Positions 28,137 through 38,512 of a stretch of 64,000 nt of DNA are shown here, piece after piece; within the stretch, counting starts at the first letter, position 1; each line of letters starts with the position of its first letter. The position numbers and the translations under genes are program-made. The notes beneath the pieces were generated by a model that ran no database searches, had not been told where the DNA came from, and saw nothing but the letters and a program-made list of their open reading frames with translations. Source of the stretch: Candidatus Multivoradales bacterium (GTDB lineage Bacteria; Acidobacteriota; Thermoanaerobaculia; Multivoradales; JAHEKO01); the NCBI GenBank assembly GCA_965248055.1, contig CBDFIJ010000004.1:320001-384000 (forward strand). Reading direction: 5' to 3'.

Positions 28137-29558
28137 CTATCGGACCTCATCGACCGTCCCCCGAATATCCTCCAAGCACATTTCCATACGATCCATATGG
28201 GTACGGAAGTTGAGGACGCAGATACGCAGGACAAAGTTGCCATCCAAGACAGTTTCGGTGAGAAAGACTCGTCTCTTGGCGTTGATCCTACCCAGCAGAT
28301 CACGATTGAGTTGGTTCAGTTGTTCCTTGGAACGGCCAGCGAGGCTGAGACGAAAGACCACCGTCGAGAGTTGCGGCGCGGCGACAATCTCAATGCCCTC
28401 GATCTTCTGCAGTTCTTGATGTGCCCAATCAGTGAGGTCGAGCTTCTCGTCCAAAGCTGCGCGGAAGGCGCCGAATCCGTAGGTCTTGAGCGGCAGCCAG
28501 ACACGCAGTCCACGAAAGTCGCGCGACAGCTCTGGAGAAATGTCACAGAAGTCAACCAAGTCTGTGTCTTCTTGCATCGGCGGCATGTAGTCCGCTTCGA
28601 TCGCGTGGGCCCGTTTCAAGGCTCCCCCATCGCGCACCAACAAGCACCCGGTTCCGTAGGGCAAGAATAGACCCTTGTGCGGATCCAAAGTGATCGAGTC
28701 GGCACGCTCCAGACCACGAAACGCCGCGCGTCCGCGCTCGGTCATGGCGAAGAATCCGCCATAGGCGCCGTCGACGTGAAACCACAGACCTTGTTCTTGC
28801 GCCAGGTCGGCGATCCCTTGTAGATCGTCCACCGCACCGGTGTTGGTGGTACCGGCGCTGCCGACCACCATAAACGGCGTCTTGCCTTGCGCTCGATCTC
28901 GCGCGATCTGGCTCCGCAGATCCTCAATATCGATCCGCCACTGGTCATCCACCCCAACCTTGCGTACTGCCGATGCTGGAAACCCGGCCAAGGTCGCGGC
29001 ACGCTGCAGGGAGTGATGAACCTGGCTCGAGGCGTAGATCGTCCCGTCCAAGAAATTCTCCGGTAGAAGTTCGCGACGAGCGGTAAACAGAGCTGAGAAA
29101 TTCGCCATCGACCCGCCAGACGATAGGTAACCGTTCGCCGAAGCAGGATAGCCAACCATCTGACACAGCCAGTTGATGACGTTGACCTCCAACTGCACCA
29201 ACCCAGGAGCCGCGGTCCACACCGTCAGGTAGCGGTTGATGCCATTGGCGACAAAGTCCGCCACTGCCGATTCATAGAGCCCTCCGCCGGGAATGTAGGC
29301 CATGAATCCCGGCCCAGCGTTGCAGAAACTGGTCGGAGTCAGGTCGTCGAAAACATGGTCGAGCAAGTCCTCGAACCGACTCCCCTGCTCAGGAAGCGCC
29401 TCGACTGTTGCTCGAGAAAGCTCCGCCCCACCCTCGATGCTCGATGCTGCTTGAGAGGGAAGCGACTCGATGTGCGCCACGACGCGCTTGGTGGCTTGGC
29501 GAGCCATGTGGCTCATTTGCTCAGCATTGGGTTCCAACGGCTGAATTCGACCTGACAT
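28137..29558 (-). CDS. group II PLP-dependent (aromatic amino acid-like) decarboxylase
   Basis: SGGSMAN, GTTNTGAVD, HVDGAYGG, LDPHK. Confidence 0.92.
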   Translation of the reverse strand: MSGRIQPLEPNAEQMSHMARQATKRVVAHIESLPSQAASSIEGGAELSRATVEALPEQGSRFEDLLDHVFDDLTPTSFCNAGPGFMAYIPGGGLYESAVADFVANGINRYLTVWTAAPGLVQLEVNVINWLCQMVGYPASANGYLSSGGSMANFSALFTARRELLPENFLDGTIYASSQVHHSLQRAATLAGFPASAVRKVGVDDQWRIDIEDLRSQIARDRAQGKTPFMVVGSAGTTNTGAVDDLQGIADLAQEQGLWFHVDGAYGGFFAMTERGRAAFRGLERADSITLDPHKGLFLPYGTGCLLVRDGGALKRAHAIEADYMPPMQEDTDLVDFCDISPELSRDFRGLRVWLPLKTYGFGAFRAALDEKLDLTDWAHQELQKIEGIEIVAAPQLSTVVFRLSLAGRSKEQLNQLNRDLLGRINAKRRVFLTETVLDGNFVLRICVLNFRTHMDRMEMCLEDIRGTVDEVR

Positions 29559-29616
29559 TGGAAGAGCTTACCGCTCTCTCGATCTCGCGCGACAACCCGA
29601 ACTTCGCTTGTCTAGG

Positions 29617-31038
29617 CTAGGGGTCGAGAGTTTGCGGGACGGCGAGTCGGATCCGTAGCTCCTGATCATCTTCAATAATTTCAGCAGCGACAAAATCGAC
29701 CTTTAACCCAGCAACTTGCACCGTTATACGTGGGCCTTCAATCATAATTTCTGGCTTTGCTAGCCCAGCAATCTCAACTCGCCCAACGCCGTTGAAAAGT
29801 GGGTGTTCTCCCAGTCCAGTAGTGTGTGCTATCAGGTCAGCACCTTCATCGTCGATCATCTCCAACTGGCCAAGATCATTGCCCAAGCGAACGAACCTGG
29901 CATGCAGAAGACCGTTCTCCAGTCGTTCAATATTCAGTGGGTCGAATCCTTGTGGCCACAAGGGCTGTTCGCCATTGGCTTCGATCACCACCCGCCATCC
30001 GGTCAGGCGATCGAACTCAGCCTGGCGTTGACGACGTTGATCAGCGAGCTTTCGGGTCTCTACCCCCGCCCTCTCCACCAACTCACTCCATTCCGGTTCA
30101 CTCAAGACGCACTGTTCAACCTGATTCTCCAGTGTCGATAGCGAAGCCTCCAGCATCTGGTCGAGAAACTGATCATCGTTTTCCTCAATCGATACACGCC
30201 AGGCCGGATCCACACCGCTCAGCAAATGAGCAATGGTGGACCCAATCACGTAGCTTCTCTGTCGAACCTGGTCGCTAGAAAACTCTTGATCAAAGCCGCG
30301 CACTCCAGTATCGCCATTCGCTCGGTGCTGGACGTATGTAGCCAGCCCCTCATTGAGTTCGGTCCTGCGTTCGTACTCGCTGAAGGGATTCTTCATAGTC
30401 GAAAAGCGCTCGCGCCGCGTACCGATCGCTGCGGCAGCCCAGCACATCCGCTTGGCCGAATCAGTCGCCGACAGCGCCCGCCTCAGGAATTCGGTCTCGG
30501 CACGCCGCAGGGCTAGGAGATTCGGATCGTCAACCGGATACAGAAACAGGTCAGCTTCATTAGCCGTCCACCCCACGTGATGTTGCCTTTGGTAGACGTG
30601 AAAGGCTTCGTGCACTGCTATCCCCGCCAACCTGGAAACGTCGTCACTGGAGACCTCTTCCGGAAGCAGCAGGGTTGCGGTTATGTCGCCCCCTATCTCT
30701 GCACTGGAATTTGCCGTTATTGCAGGGTGGCGTCCTTGATGAACCCACACTTCCGGTGCACTTCCCTCGCTCAATGCAAAGGCTGCCGGTGGATTCGGAT
30801 GACGAAAGAGCACCGTCTCCTCACCTGTGTAGATCGCCAGTGGAATGACATTGGGGTCGAAGACAGGCCAAAGAGGCTGACCTGACATCTCAACGACCAG
30901 TTGATCGATCTTGACCGCCAGATTGACATCTTGAGCCATCGACGCAGCAGTACTCATTAAGGCTACAACCACCGTGACCCAGCACGACCACCGACCCAAT
31001 CGCTTATTCCCCAATCGCGTATTTAAGGTCACTTGCAT
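29617..31038 (-). CDS. secreted putative zinc metallopeptidase
   Basis: Signal peptide; HEAFH (HExxH) and downstream NEGLATY. Confidence 0.6.
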   Translation of the reverse strand: MQVTLNTRLGNKRLGRWSCWVTVVVALMSTAASMAQDVNLAVKIDQLVVEMSGQPLWPVFDPNVIPLAIYTGEETVLFRHPNPPAAFALSEGSAPEVWVHQGRHPAITANSSAEIGGDITATLLLPEEVSSDDVSRLAGIAVHEAFHVYQRQHHVGWTANEADLFLYPVDDPNLLALRRAETEFLRRALSATDSAKRMCWAAAAIGTRRERFSTMKNPFSEYERRTELNEGLATYVQHRANGDTGVRGFDQEFSSDQVRQRSYVIGSTIAHLLSGVDPAWRVSIEENDDQFLDQMLEASLSTLENQVEQCVLSEPEWSELVERAGVETRKLADQRRQRQAEFDRLTGWRVVIEANGEQPLWPQGFDPLNIERLENGLLHARFVRLGNDLGQLEMIDDEGADLIAHTTGLGEHPLFNGVGRVEIAGLAKPEIMIEGPRITVQVAGLKVDFVAAEIIEDDQELRIRLAVPQTLDP

Positions 31039-31177
31039 AGTGGCTCAGCAAGCAGAAATTGGGCCAGGCCACGTTAACGAAATTATCGTGGACAGAATGC
31101 CGGGCTAAGGGCCAACAGCAACAGTACGTTGCCGATCGCCAAGTAAGTTGCGTTGTTGGCGATGGCCTTGTCGGTAG

Positions 31178-31843
31178 CCCGAAACTGATCGATCAGAGAA
31201 AAAAACACCGAAGCTCCAATCGGAACCTGTCAACCACCTGTTGAAGACATTTGGGCTTGCAGAAGATGGGCGGACACTACGGCGGTTTCGAGAGCGAGTT
31301 GAACGTCTTATTAGGCTCACGATCAGCTGTGAATTTGATGGCAGCTTGGTTGGTGGTGATTCCTATTACCTCGACCAAACGCTCGTGGTGCGGCGGGCAC
31401 ACATTCCAAAGCAAAAGGAGCTGCGGTTTGAGAACGCTGGCGTTCAGTGGCTCGACGGAATAGCACCGTACGGAATGGAACTTGCGGGAGATTTTTGGGA
31501 CTATTTGAGCGAACAAAAAAACAGGCTACAAGTCCCAGTCGAGCACCTAAAGCTATTCGTAGACCGTCCACTTGGGTGGGACTACCTGCTCTTTCTTATG
31601 GCTCGTGCTCGCGCAGCAAGGCGCCAGTCGACGGTTCCCCATAACTCACTACTTGAACTGTTTCGAGACAACCCAAACGCTCGCGACCGAGACGTATTTC
31701 GTGAGCTCGAGAAACACCACCGAGAGGTTGTTGCACTGACCGGAATAAAAGCCTCTCTCTTCCCCACTCTCTTGTTGCCGTCGACGGGCGGCAGACCCAA
31801 GAAACAGTGGGAGCTTGTTGTACATCCGTGGGCCGGCGCCTAA
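31178..31843 (+). pseudogene. 5'-truncated plasmid RepA (RepA_C/IncW-like) initiator remnant
   Basis: LLKTFGL..DGRTLRRFRERVERL, LAGDFW, VP..LK....PLGWDYLLFL..R; frame open from 31178; next to parA/parG. Confidence 0.5.
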
Positions 31844-31917
31844 GGGCCCCCACTCGCCCGTTTGACCGAGCATCGACGCACCAACCCTTAGATATTTAGC
31901 TACATAGACCAGTGGGC

Positions 31918-32184
31918 TTATAGGCTTTTGCTTTCTAGATAGCTGCGCACAGCCTCTTCGACCAGGTCCCTCATCGGTCGTTTTTGGCGCACGGCCGCAA
32001 TCTTGAGCCGCTGATGGAAACTTTCGGGCAGGTCCAGGGTTGTCCTGAGCATTCCCTCGGCAGCGGGATTTGCTTTACTGCCCGGCTTAGCGCCACCCTG
32101 TTTGGGCGCAATGTCGGCCTTCGTAACAACGGTTGCGGCACGGCCAACAAAGGAGTCCAGGTTTTCTGGGGGGGGTCTTTTCAT
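31918..32184 (-). CDS. ParG-like ribbon-helix-helix protein
   Basis: RTTLDLPESFHQRLKIAAV...MRDLVEEAV; directly downstream of parA. Confidence 0.75.
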   Translation of the reverse strand: MKRPPPENLDSFVGRAATVVTKADIAPKQGGAKPGSKANPAAEGMLRTTLDLPESFHQRLKIAAVRQKRPMRDLVEEAVRSYLESKSL

Positions 32185-32188
32185 TTGT

Positions 32189-32814
32189 CTAAATACCTAA
32201 GTAGTTATATAGAACTATAAATTCTGCGGCGGCCTTGCTGTGGGGCTCCGACTCAGTGACGCTGAGGCCCTCTCCAAAGGCGCGCCCCAGGCAACGCGCC
32301 GATAAAGGGGGGCGGCAACAAGGGTAGCCCCGTCGAATTCATCAAGGATCTCTCCAAGGAGCACCAACCCGTCTCGGTCTTCGTTGGTGTGGCCGACTAA
32401 CGTAGGGATTACCTCTGCCTGCTTTTCGGCTCCGCGGAGCAACGCCAAGGTTTGCTGAAGCGCCCACACTGCGGAAGCTGTTGGGGTTATTGGAACCAAG
32501 ATGCGATCAGCTGCGGCAATCGCACTGCGAACAACCGGTGAATCGCGTCCACCGGCGTCGATGAAAATGTAATCAAACCCGACAGCCAGGTCGTCGATCT
32601 CGTGGTGAATGCGAGAGTGGGTGATCGCCTGAAAAGCAGGGGAGGGGAGCGCTTCGTCGCGTACCGCCAGAAAGTCGACCAAGGAACCCTGCGGATCGGC
32701 GTCAACAAGAAGGACTCGCCGGCTAACGGCCAACGCGCTTAGAGCAAGGTTTGCAGCGACGGCAGTTTTCCCCACGCCGCCCTTTGTGTTGGTGATAGTG
32801 ATCGTTTGGGTCAT
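32189..32814 (-). pseudogene. parA: type Ib ParA ATPase, frameshifted near 32285
   Basis: KGGVGKT, DADPQGS; the alternative frame after a GGGG run gives RAFGEGLSVTESEPHSKAAAEF...LGI*. Confidence 0.8.
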
Positions 32815-32894
32815 AGGAGTCTATTTAGAAACAGAGAGCCATAGTAACATAGAGCCAACTCCGGATTGATTTTTCAAGACCCCCCCAGCGAAAC

Positions 32895-33173
32895 TGCGAT
32901 CTCGATGGACGGCAAGGGGCGGTGGATGGATAACGTGTTTATCGAGCGTCTGTGGCGCTCACTCAAGTACGAGCAGAGGTGTACTTGTCGGAGTACGAGA
33001 ACGGACGACAAGCCCGAGCGGACGCTTCCTGGTGGATGGATTTTTACAACCAGAGACGACCGCATTCATCGCTTGCAGACCAAACACCAGACGAGGCGTA
33101 TAATCAAGATCAAACGGTCTCAAATCCTGGGCTCCGCCCCGGCTCTGAGACCGTGAAAGCGGCTTCACCATGA
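32895..33173 (+). pseudogene. IS3-family transposase 3' fragment (frameshifted)
   Basis: ISMDGKGRWMDNVFIERLWRSLKYE / EVYL...FYNQRRPHSSLADQTPDEAY. Confidence 0.85.
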
Positions 33174-33227
33174 ACCCCGGATTCCACCTTAAAAACACTT
33201 ACATGAGTTGCGAAAAAAAACCAAACA

Positions 33228-33464
33228 ATGACAAAAGAAGAAATAATTAGAGCGTCCCTAAAGCTTACAGAAAATGACCGCGCAGAGGTTTTTTCGGCCC
33301 TTGGCGAGAGCCTTGCCAACCCACCACTTTTAGCTTGGCAAAGGCAGGCAATTGACGACGCCCTAGGCGCGACAAGCGACAACCCCGATGCCGCTCTTCC
33401 GACAGAGCCCGTAGAGGTCCATCTTCTACAGAAGGTTCAGGTTCGGCCTCCGAAAGACCCATAG
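33228..33464 (+). CDS. addiction-module antitoxin-like small protein
   Basis: SLKLTENDRAEVFSALGESL...WQRQAIDDAL pattern. Confidence 0.5.
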   Translation: MTKEEIIRASLKLTENDRAEVFSALGESLANPPLLAWQRQAIDDALGATSDNPDAALPTEPVEVHLLQKVQVRPPKDP

Positions 33465-33779
33465 AGCGACCACCAAGGTATAAACCACAGGGAGATCCAA
33501 AAAGGTACGCCAAAAGAAGACAAAGGCTCAGCAATAGACGGTCCGAACAAAAAGAAAAAGCCACGGCAGCGCGGGCGTGAGCATTCGGAGGGGCCCGTCA
33601 GGGCTAAACGGTATATCCGCCAGAACAAAGGTAGCTTCAAACTGTATAAAAAGCTTTCTGCTGCCCACCTCGTCTACATTCTCACTTCGGCTGTTGTTAT
33701 TGCGGCTGTCGTTGGATCCCTCACGGCAATACTCCAGCTCGGCTCAAGCTTAGAAGCGGTCGAGGCCGAGGCCGGCTGG

Positions 33780-35909
33780 TTGGCCCGAACCGCCTCGTTT
33801 GTGACCGAGCACGCCCGACACGGGTCTAACTCTTATGTAAACAGTGCCGAGCTTCTCCAGATCCAAAAACTCCAAGGCCTGGAGCAGGTAGTCTGCATTA
33901 ACTACACTGACGCGCTGTTGTCACCGCCTGGTGGTCGGCGAAGTCTCGAGCGCGCAGCGATCTTTGCAGGTGGTAATGGAGAGCAAGTCGAGTCCTGGGT
34001 CGGCCATCCACCAGAGGCTGAATCGGTTGTTTTGTTGTCGAGGCAGCGCCTCTTTGGCTACCAAAACGGCGATGGTAGAGCCATTCTGGAGCTTAAGGAT
34101 GCAGTCTACGGCTGGCTTGGGCACGGCGCGACAATGCCGATATCGGCGTCGGCCATAGAAGACACAAAACTATCCAGGATCCCGGGGCTTAGAGCTGTTG
34201 ATATGGTGATTGCGGAGCGCAAGCCATGCCTTGAGGCTTCTGCTAGCCACTGGCTTGTTTTTTTGCAGTTGAAGCAAGGCGTGGACATAACACAAGCAGA
34301 GGCTGAGCTTCAGAATATATTTACCGAGTGGCGCGGTCCAGGTGGGTGGATCCCCGGGTTGGTACCCGCCGTCAGCAAGCTGGCCCCTAACGCTTTGCGA
34401 ATAATGCGGCTGCTGTACTGGTCAGCGGCGATGGTATTTGTCGGGAGCTTGATGTCGCTGTTTGTTTTGTCGGTGTTGTTTGGGTTGTACAGAGCCAAGG
34501 ACGGACAACTCTACGCGATGCTAGGCGCAAGTGCTTTCAACCAGTTTGTCATTGAGAACATTTCCACGATAAGTATGCACACCTTCGGCGCCTGGATAGG
34601 GGCCATGTGGGTGGAATTCAGGGTCCGCAGCTACCTGCAAGGGGGCATCTCAGGCTTCGCTGTATTAGGTGGACAAGAAGCTGAAAACATATTACAGGTG
34701 GCGACGATTTCCTTGCTTGCCACTTTCTTTATGATCGCTGCTGGGTGGATGGTCGTTGTCATCGTTAGCAGACACAATACTCAATCTGTGAGCCAGAAAT
34801 GGAGCTGGATAGGGGTTGGCGCTCAAGTGGCAGTGGCAATGCTGTCGATATCTCTGGTTTTGGGCACGGCGCTGTATATACGTGACCTAAAAAAACAAGA
34901 ACTGGGCTTCAACCCTGAGAACCTTTGGCTCATTCAAACAAAAGCAGACGACGAAAACACCCTCTACAGCTTTATGACCGGTCTTCGTCAGGAGTCAGGT
35001 ATCGAAACCTTGGGTGCGTGCGACTATGTACCTCTAATTGGGGCATCTGGTGGGTTTGATCTCGTGGCGCTGTCCGACCGCCAACCTCAAACCCCGACAC
35101 TTTGGCAAGCGCGCCATATGTCATGGGGTTATCTGGAGGCAATCGGGGGCCAGGTGCTCGCCGGCCGACACCTGGAAGAAACAACACCGAGGACGGTGGT
35201 CACAATCTCCAAGACCGCAGCCGTATACTTTTGGGGATCGCCAGACGACGCGATTGGCAACGTGATTATCAACCCTCGTTCCAAGGAGCGCCTTCAAGTC
35301 GGGGGCGTTATCGACGACATTAAGTTTACTTTTCCGAGTAAACATACCGATCCGGTTATATACATAACCCCGCTCAACCCGAGTAGAGCTATATTGGCTG
35401 TTCGCACCAAAGATTCGACAACGAGCTCGATGCTCAAGAATGTCATCGCCAAACATACATCGCCTGGTTTAACGCTGGCCGCCCCGCGCTTGCTCGACGA
35501 TATTCTAAAAGAGCGGATCGGCAGCTGGGCGCTGACAATAGAACTTCTCGCGCTTCTTATGAGCTACCTTGCCGGACTCACTGTCGTCTCTGTCGCCGGT
35601 GTCATGGGTGCATGGATCGTGGGCGCTAAAGAGGACTTCTTAACCCTCGGCATATTGGGTTCCAGCCCGAAGTTCTTGGGTCGGATAGTCGCCCTGCGGG
35701 GCTTTATCCCTTTGGCGTCCGGAGCGTTCACCGGAGCCGTACTGTGGTGGTTCTTGGGGCCCTTGGCACTCGAGAACCTCGGTGCGTCAGGGCAGTTAAC
35801 GGAGTTGGTTGTTTATAGTGGAGTCGGTTCGATCAGTGTCGCTAGCTTGATGGTCGGCCTTATATCGGCCGCGTGCTGGTGGTATGCAATAAAACTTGCC
35901 AAATGGTAG
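33780..35909 (+). CDS. MacB/FtsX-like ABC exporter permease (true start uncertain, upstream)
   Basis: Two periplasmic+TM repeats, LGFNPENL, LGAS; frame open from 33465 including a TM helix. Confidence 0.75.
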   Translation: MARTASFVTEHARHGSNSYVNSAELLQIQKLQGLEQVVCINYTDALLSPPGGRRSLERAAIFAGGNGEQVESWVGHPPEAESVVLLSRQRLFGYQNGDGRAILELKDAVYGWLGHGATMPISASAIEDTKLSRIPGLRAVDMVIAERKPCLEASASHWLVFLQLKQGVDITQAEAELQNIFTEWRGPGGWIPGLVPAVSKLAPNALRIMRLLYWSAAMVFVGSLMSLFVLSVLFGLYRAKDGQLYAMLGASAFNQFVIENISTISMHTFGAWIGAMWVEFRVRSYLQGGISGFAVLGGQEAENILQVATISLLATFFMIAAGWMVVVIVSRHNTQSVSQKWSWIGVGAQVAVAMLSISLVLGTALYIRDLKKQELGFNPENLWLIQTKADDENTLYSFMTGLRQESGIETLGACDYVPLIGASGGFDLVALSDRQPQTPTLWQARHMSWGYLEAIGGQVLAGRHLEETTPRTVVTISKTAAVYFWGSPDDAIGNVIINPRSKERLQVGGVIDDIKFTFPSKHTDPVIYITPLNPSRAILAVRTKDSTTSSMLKNVIAKHTSPGLTLAAPRLLDDILKERIGSWALTIELLALLMSYLAGLTVVSVAGVMGAWIVGAKEDFLTLGILGSSPKFLGRIVALRGFIPLASGAFTGAVLWWFLGPLALENLGASGQLTELVVYSGVGSISVASLMVGLISAACWWYAIKLAKW

Positions 35910-35917
35910 AACGCGCA

Positions 35918-37117
35918 ATGGATCACCCCCGGCCTGACCGGGTTGAAAGACGTAGAAAGCTGATCATTGGAATGGCTATTGTGGCAGCTATTTCTTTGAC
36001 TACAGTCATCGCCATTGTCTCCGCCAGGCGCCCTAACTCATACCCCATGGACGAGGTTGCCACCGTAAAGCTCAGTCAACTCAAGAGGTCAATACGTGCG
36101 GTTGGGTCGATCGTTTCGATCGATACATCTCTCGTGCCCGCTCTGGTTTCTGGTGTCGTCCAGTCTGTTTATATAGTTCCCGGAGAGCCAATAGCTGCGG
36201 ACACGATCTTGGTCACCCTTGAAGACGCGGGGTCACGGTTGGCAAAGCAAGAAGTATCGCTGAGGCTCGCGGACAGCAAGGCGAGGAGGATCACAGAGAT
36301 GGCCCTCTTGGAACAAGAATATCGGGATCTTGAGGCACATATCACAAAAAAAGATTTTGAGTTTCAGGCGAGATCTCTGGACCTCGAAGCCTCACGGCGG
36401 TTATTTCAGGAGGGGCTTGTGTCGGAGATCGAACACTCCAAAGCGGACCTGAGGCACCAAGAAACCAAAGCACAATTAGCCTTATTAAGACAGGAACATA
36501 ACCAATTTGCAGAGCTTCGTGACGCAAGGGTTGAATCTCTGAATGTTATGGTTGAGGCTGCGCTAAGTGTCTTTAAGAATGCCGAGCGGCAGGTGGATCT
36601 CTTAACAATTCACTCAGATATAGACGGAATTGTTCAGACCGTAGATGTTCAACTGGGGCAGGCGGTCCAGGTGGGACAAGCGGTTTCCTCAGTTGCTCCA
36701 TCAGGCGGTATCCGGGCACAACTGGACATCCCAGCTAATCACGCCGACAACGTATCCATTGGGACCCAGGTCCTCCTCAAAAAACAGGACGGCCGGAGCA
36801 TACGTGGCAGCATCGACCATATCGAGCCCGCACTGGAAAGCGGTTTCTTAGTGGTGAGGGTCAAGTCGACCTCTGAAGAATTGGGCCGAGTAGGAGAAAT
36901 CGTGCAAGCAACCCTAACCTACGGGAAAAAAAGGCACATCCTGCTAGTAAGACGCCCGGGGTACGCTGTGCAGAACGAAACGAACCAAGTGTTTGTCATC
37001 AATTCGGACCGAAGCATTGACCGGAGAAAGGTCCAGTTCGGTGATGTCACCGACGGCTTTATAGAGGTTGTCGCGGGACTGTCAGAGGGCGACACAATTG
37101 CGCTACAGACCCCTTAG
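35918..37117 (+). CDS. membrane fusion protein (MacA/HlyD-like)
   Basis: N-terminal TM, lipoyl halves, coiled coil, IEVVAGLSEGD; start taken at ATG 35918. Confidence 0.85.
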   Translation: MDHPRPDRVERRRKLIIGMAIVAAISLTTVIAIVSARRPNSYPMDEVATVKLSQLKRSIRAVGSIVSIDTSLVPALVSGVVQSVYIVPGEPIAADTILVTLEDAGSRLAKQEVSLRLADSKARRITEMALLEQEYRDLEAHITKKDFEFQARSLDLEASRRLFQEGLVSEIEHSKADLRHQETKAQLALLRQEHNQFAELRDARVESLNVMVEAALSVFKNAERQVDLLTIHSDIDGIVQTVDVQLGQAVQVGQAVSSVAPSGGIRAQLDIPANHADNVSIGTQVLLKKQDGRSIRGSIDHIEPALESGFLVVRVKSTSEELGRVGEIVQATLTYGKKRHILLVRRPGYAVQNETNQVFVINSDRSIDRRKVQFGDVTDGFIEVVAGLSEGDTIALQTP

Positions 37118-37134
37118 CCCAGGTATTTGAAGAC

Positions 37135-37848
37135 GTGAATAAGCCTTCACCATTGATAAAACTCGAAGACGCTAGCGTTGTGTTCTCAGCGGGGGATCAC
37201 GATACATATGCTCTGAATAAAGCTTCTCTGCTTGTAAAAAAGGGGGAATTTTTAGCCATTGAAGGCCCTTCAGGAAGTGGCAAGACCACCCTTCTAGGGG
37301 TTTTAGGGCTGCTCGTACCTACAACCACGGGAATCTACGAGCTGGAGGGTCAGGATACCATCCACCTGTCCCGCAAAGAGCGTCGATTGCGGCGTTGCAC
37401 TATGATTGGTTTTGTTTTTCAAGACGCGCGCCTGGTCTCGTCTATAAATGTTCAAAAGAATGTCGAGCTGCCGATGCGGCTGACCGGATCAACGACAAGG
37501 ACCGAAAGACAGGATCGAGCACTACAACTGCTTGAAAGCGTGGGGGTAGAACACCGTCGTGACCATCTGCCGCACCAGATATCCGGAGGAGAACGCCAAA
37601 GGGTGGCGATCGCGCGAGCACTTGCCAATTCTCCTTCTGTGCTACTGGCAGATGAGCCAACGGGCAGGTTGGATTCAAAGGCAGCCGCCAGTGTACTAGA
37701 GATCATTCAGGGGCTTTACGCGGCGGGCCAAACCATCGTTATGGTAACGCATAACCCCAAGCACGCGCAGCTAGCGGACCGAAGGATTCGATTGTCAGAC
37801 GGCTGCATCGAAGATCAAGCAGCGACTAGCGCAACTATAACAGTGTGA
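37135..37848 (+). CDS. ABC transporter ATP-binding protein (MacB/LolD-type)
   Basis: [31 protein letters not shown]. Confidence 0.95.
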   Translation: MNKPSPLIKLEDASVVFSAGDHDTYALNKASLLVKKGEFLAIEGPSGSGKTTLLGVLGLLVPTTTGIYELEGQDTIHLSRKERRLRRCTMIGFVFQDARLVSSINVQKNVELPMRLTGSTTRTERQDRALQLLESVGVEHRRDHLPHQISGGERQRVAIARALANSPSVLLADEPTGRLDSKAAASVLEIIQGLYAAGQTIVMVTHNPKHAQLADRRIRLSDGCIEDQAATSATITV

Positions 37849-37928
37849 TCTGGGGTCTGAGTAGTAACGGACCAGGGTTCCACGCTAAGGGCTGAGTCCT
37901 TGTGATCGATCCTCGGTCAAGCGATGAA

Positions 37929-38466
37929 CTATTTTAATTGCTCGGCTTGCTGTTCGAGCGACATTGAAATTTCGCTGAAGGCTTCTTGTAAGCGATCTTC
38001 CAAGTCCTCGACGTAGGCGACCAAGACTCTCTCCCTATCTGCCAACGTAGCTGAGACACTTGGCCCCCTGATAATTAGAGGGCGGAAGGAGGTTTCAGTA
38101 TGTTTCAAAATCAGCCCATATTGCCCGTCTCGCCTCCTTGTCAAATCGAAACTCGGGAGCATTTCGAACAATACCCACGTCGTCTAAGAAATCAACGAAA
38201 CCACGCGTTCCATCGTTCGCTATCGACCGAGCTCTGTCATGCGACCATTCGGCACCACTAGCCACCGCCAAAATACGACTACCTTGCACGATAGACAGAT
38301 GCAAACAATCTCTTATCAATTCCTGATCGACCTCGGCAATATCTGCTTCTATTCTCGTGAAGCAGTCAACCATGCGCGACAGCGATTCAACAAGAGATTC
38401 CGATTTCTCTTGTAACCACGCACCCATGTCATATTCGTATCCTTCGATTGAGACCCTTGGATTCAC
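37929..38466 (-). pseudogene. hypothetical gene interrupted by a 103-bp IS-end insertion
   Basis: Deleting 103 bp joins the two ORF halves in frame (...RFDKE|RVLVAYVEDL...). Confidence 0.6.
38032..38134 (+). mobile_element. 103-bp copy of the left end of the IS3 at 1215-1317
   Basis: Inverted copy, 1 mismatch; CTCC at 38031-38034 and 38134-38137. Confidence 0.9.
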
Positions 38467-38512
38467 AATAAGCTCCTAATTCCGTTGAGACGGCCAGCAA
38501 CCCAGTATTGAG

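Noticed and set aside
31109-31161. Third attC candidate (GGCCAAC...GTTGGCG)
   Set aside because: L boxes and spacers do not fit; kept only as a hairpin
32187-32220. AT-rich parC-like repeats
   Set aside because: Explained as the coding 3' end of frameshifted parA
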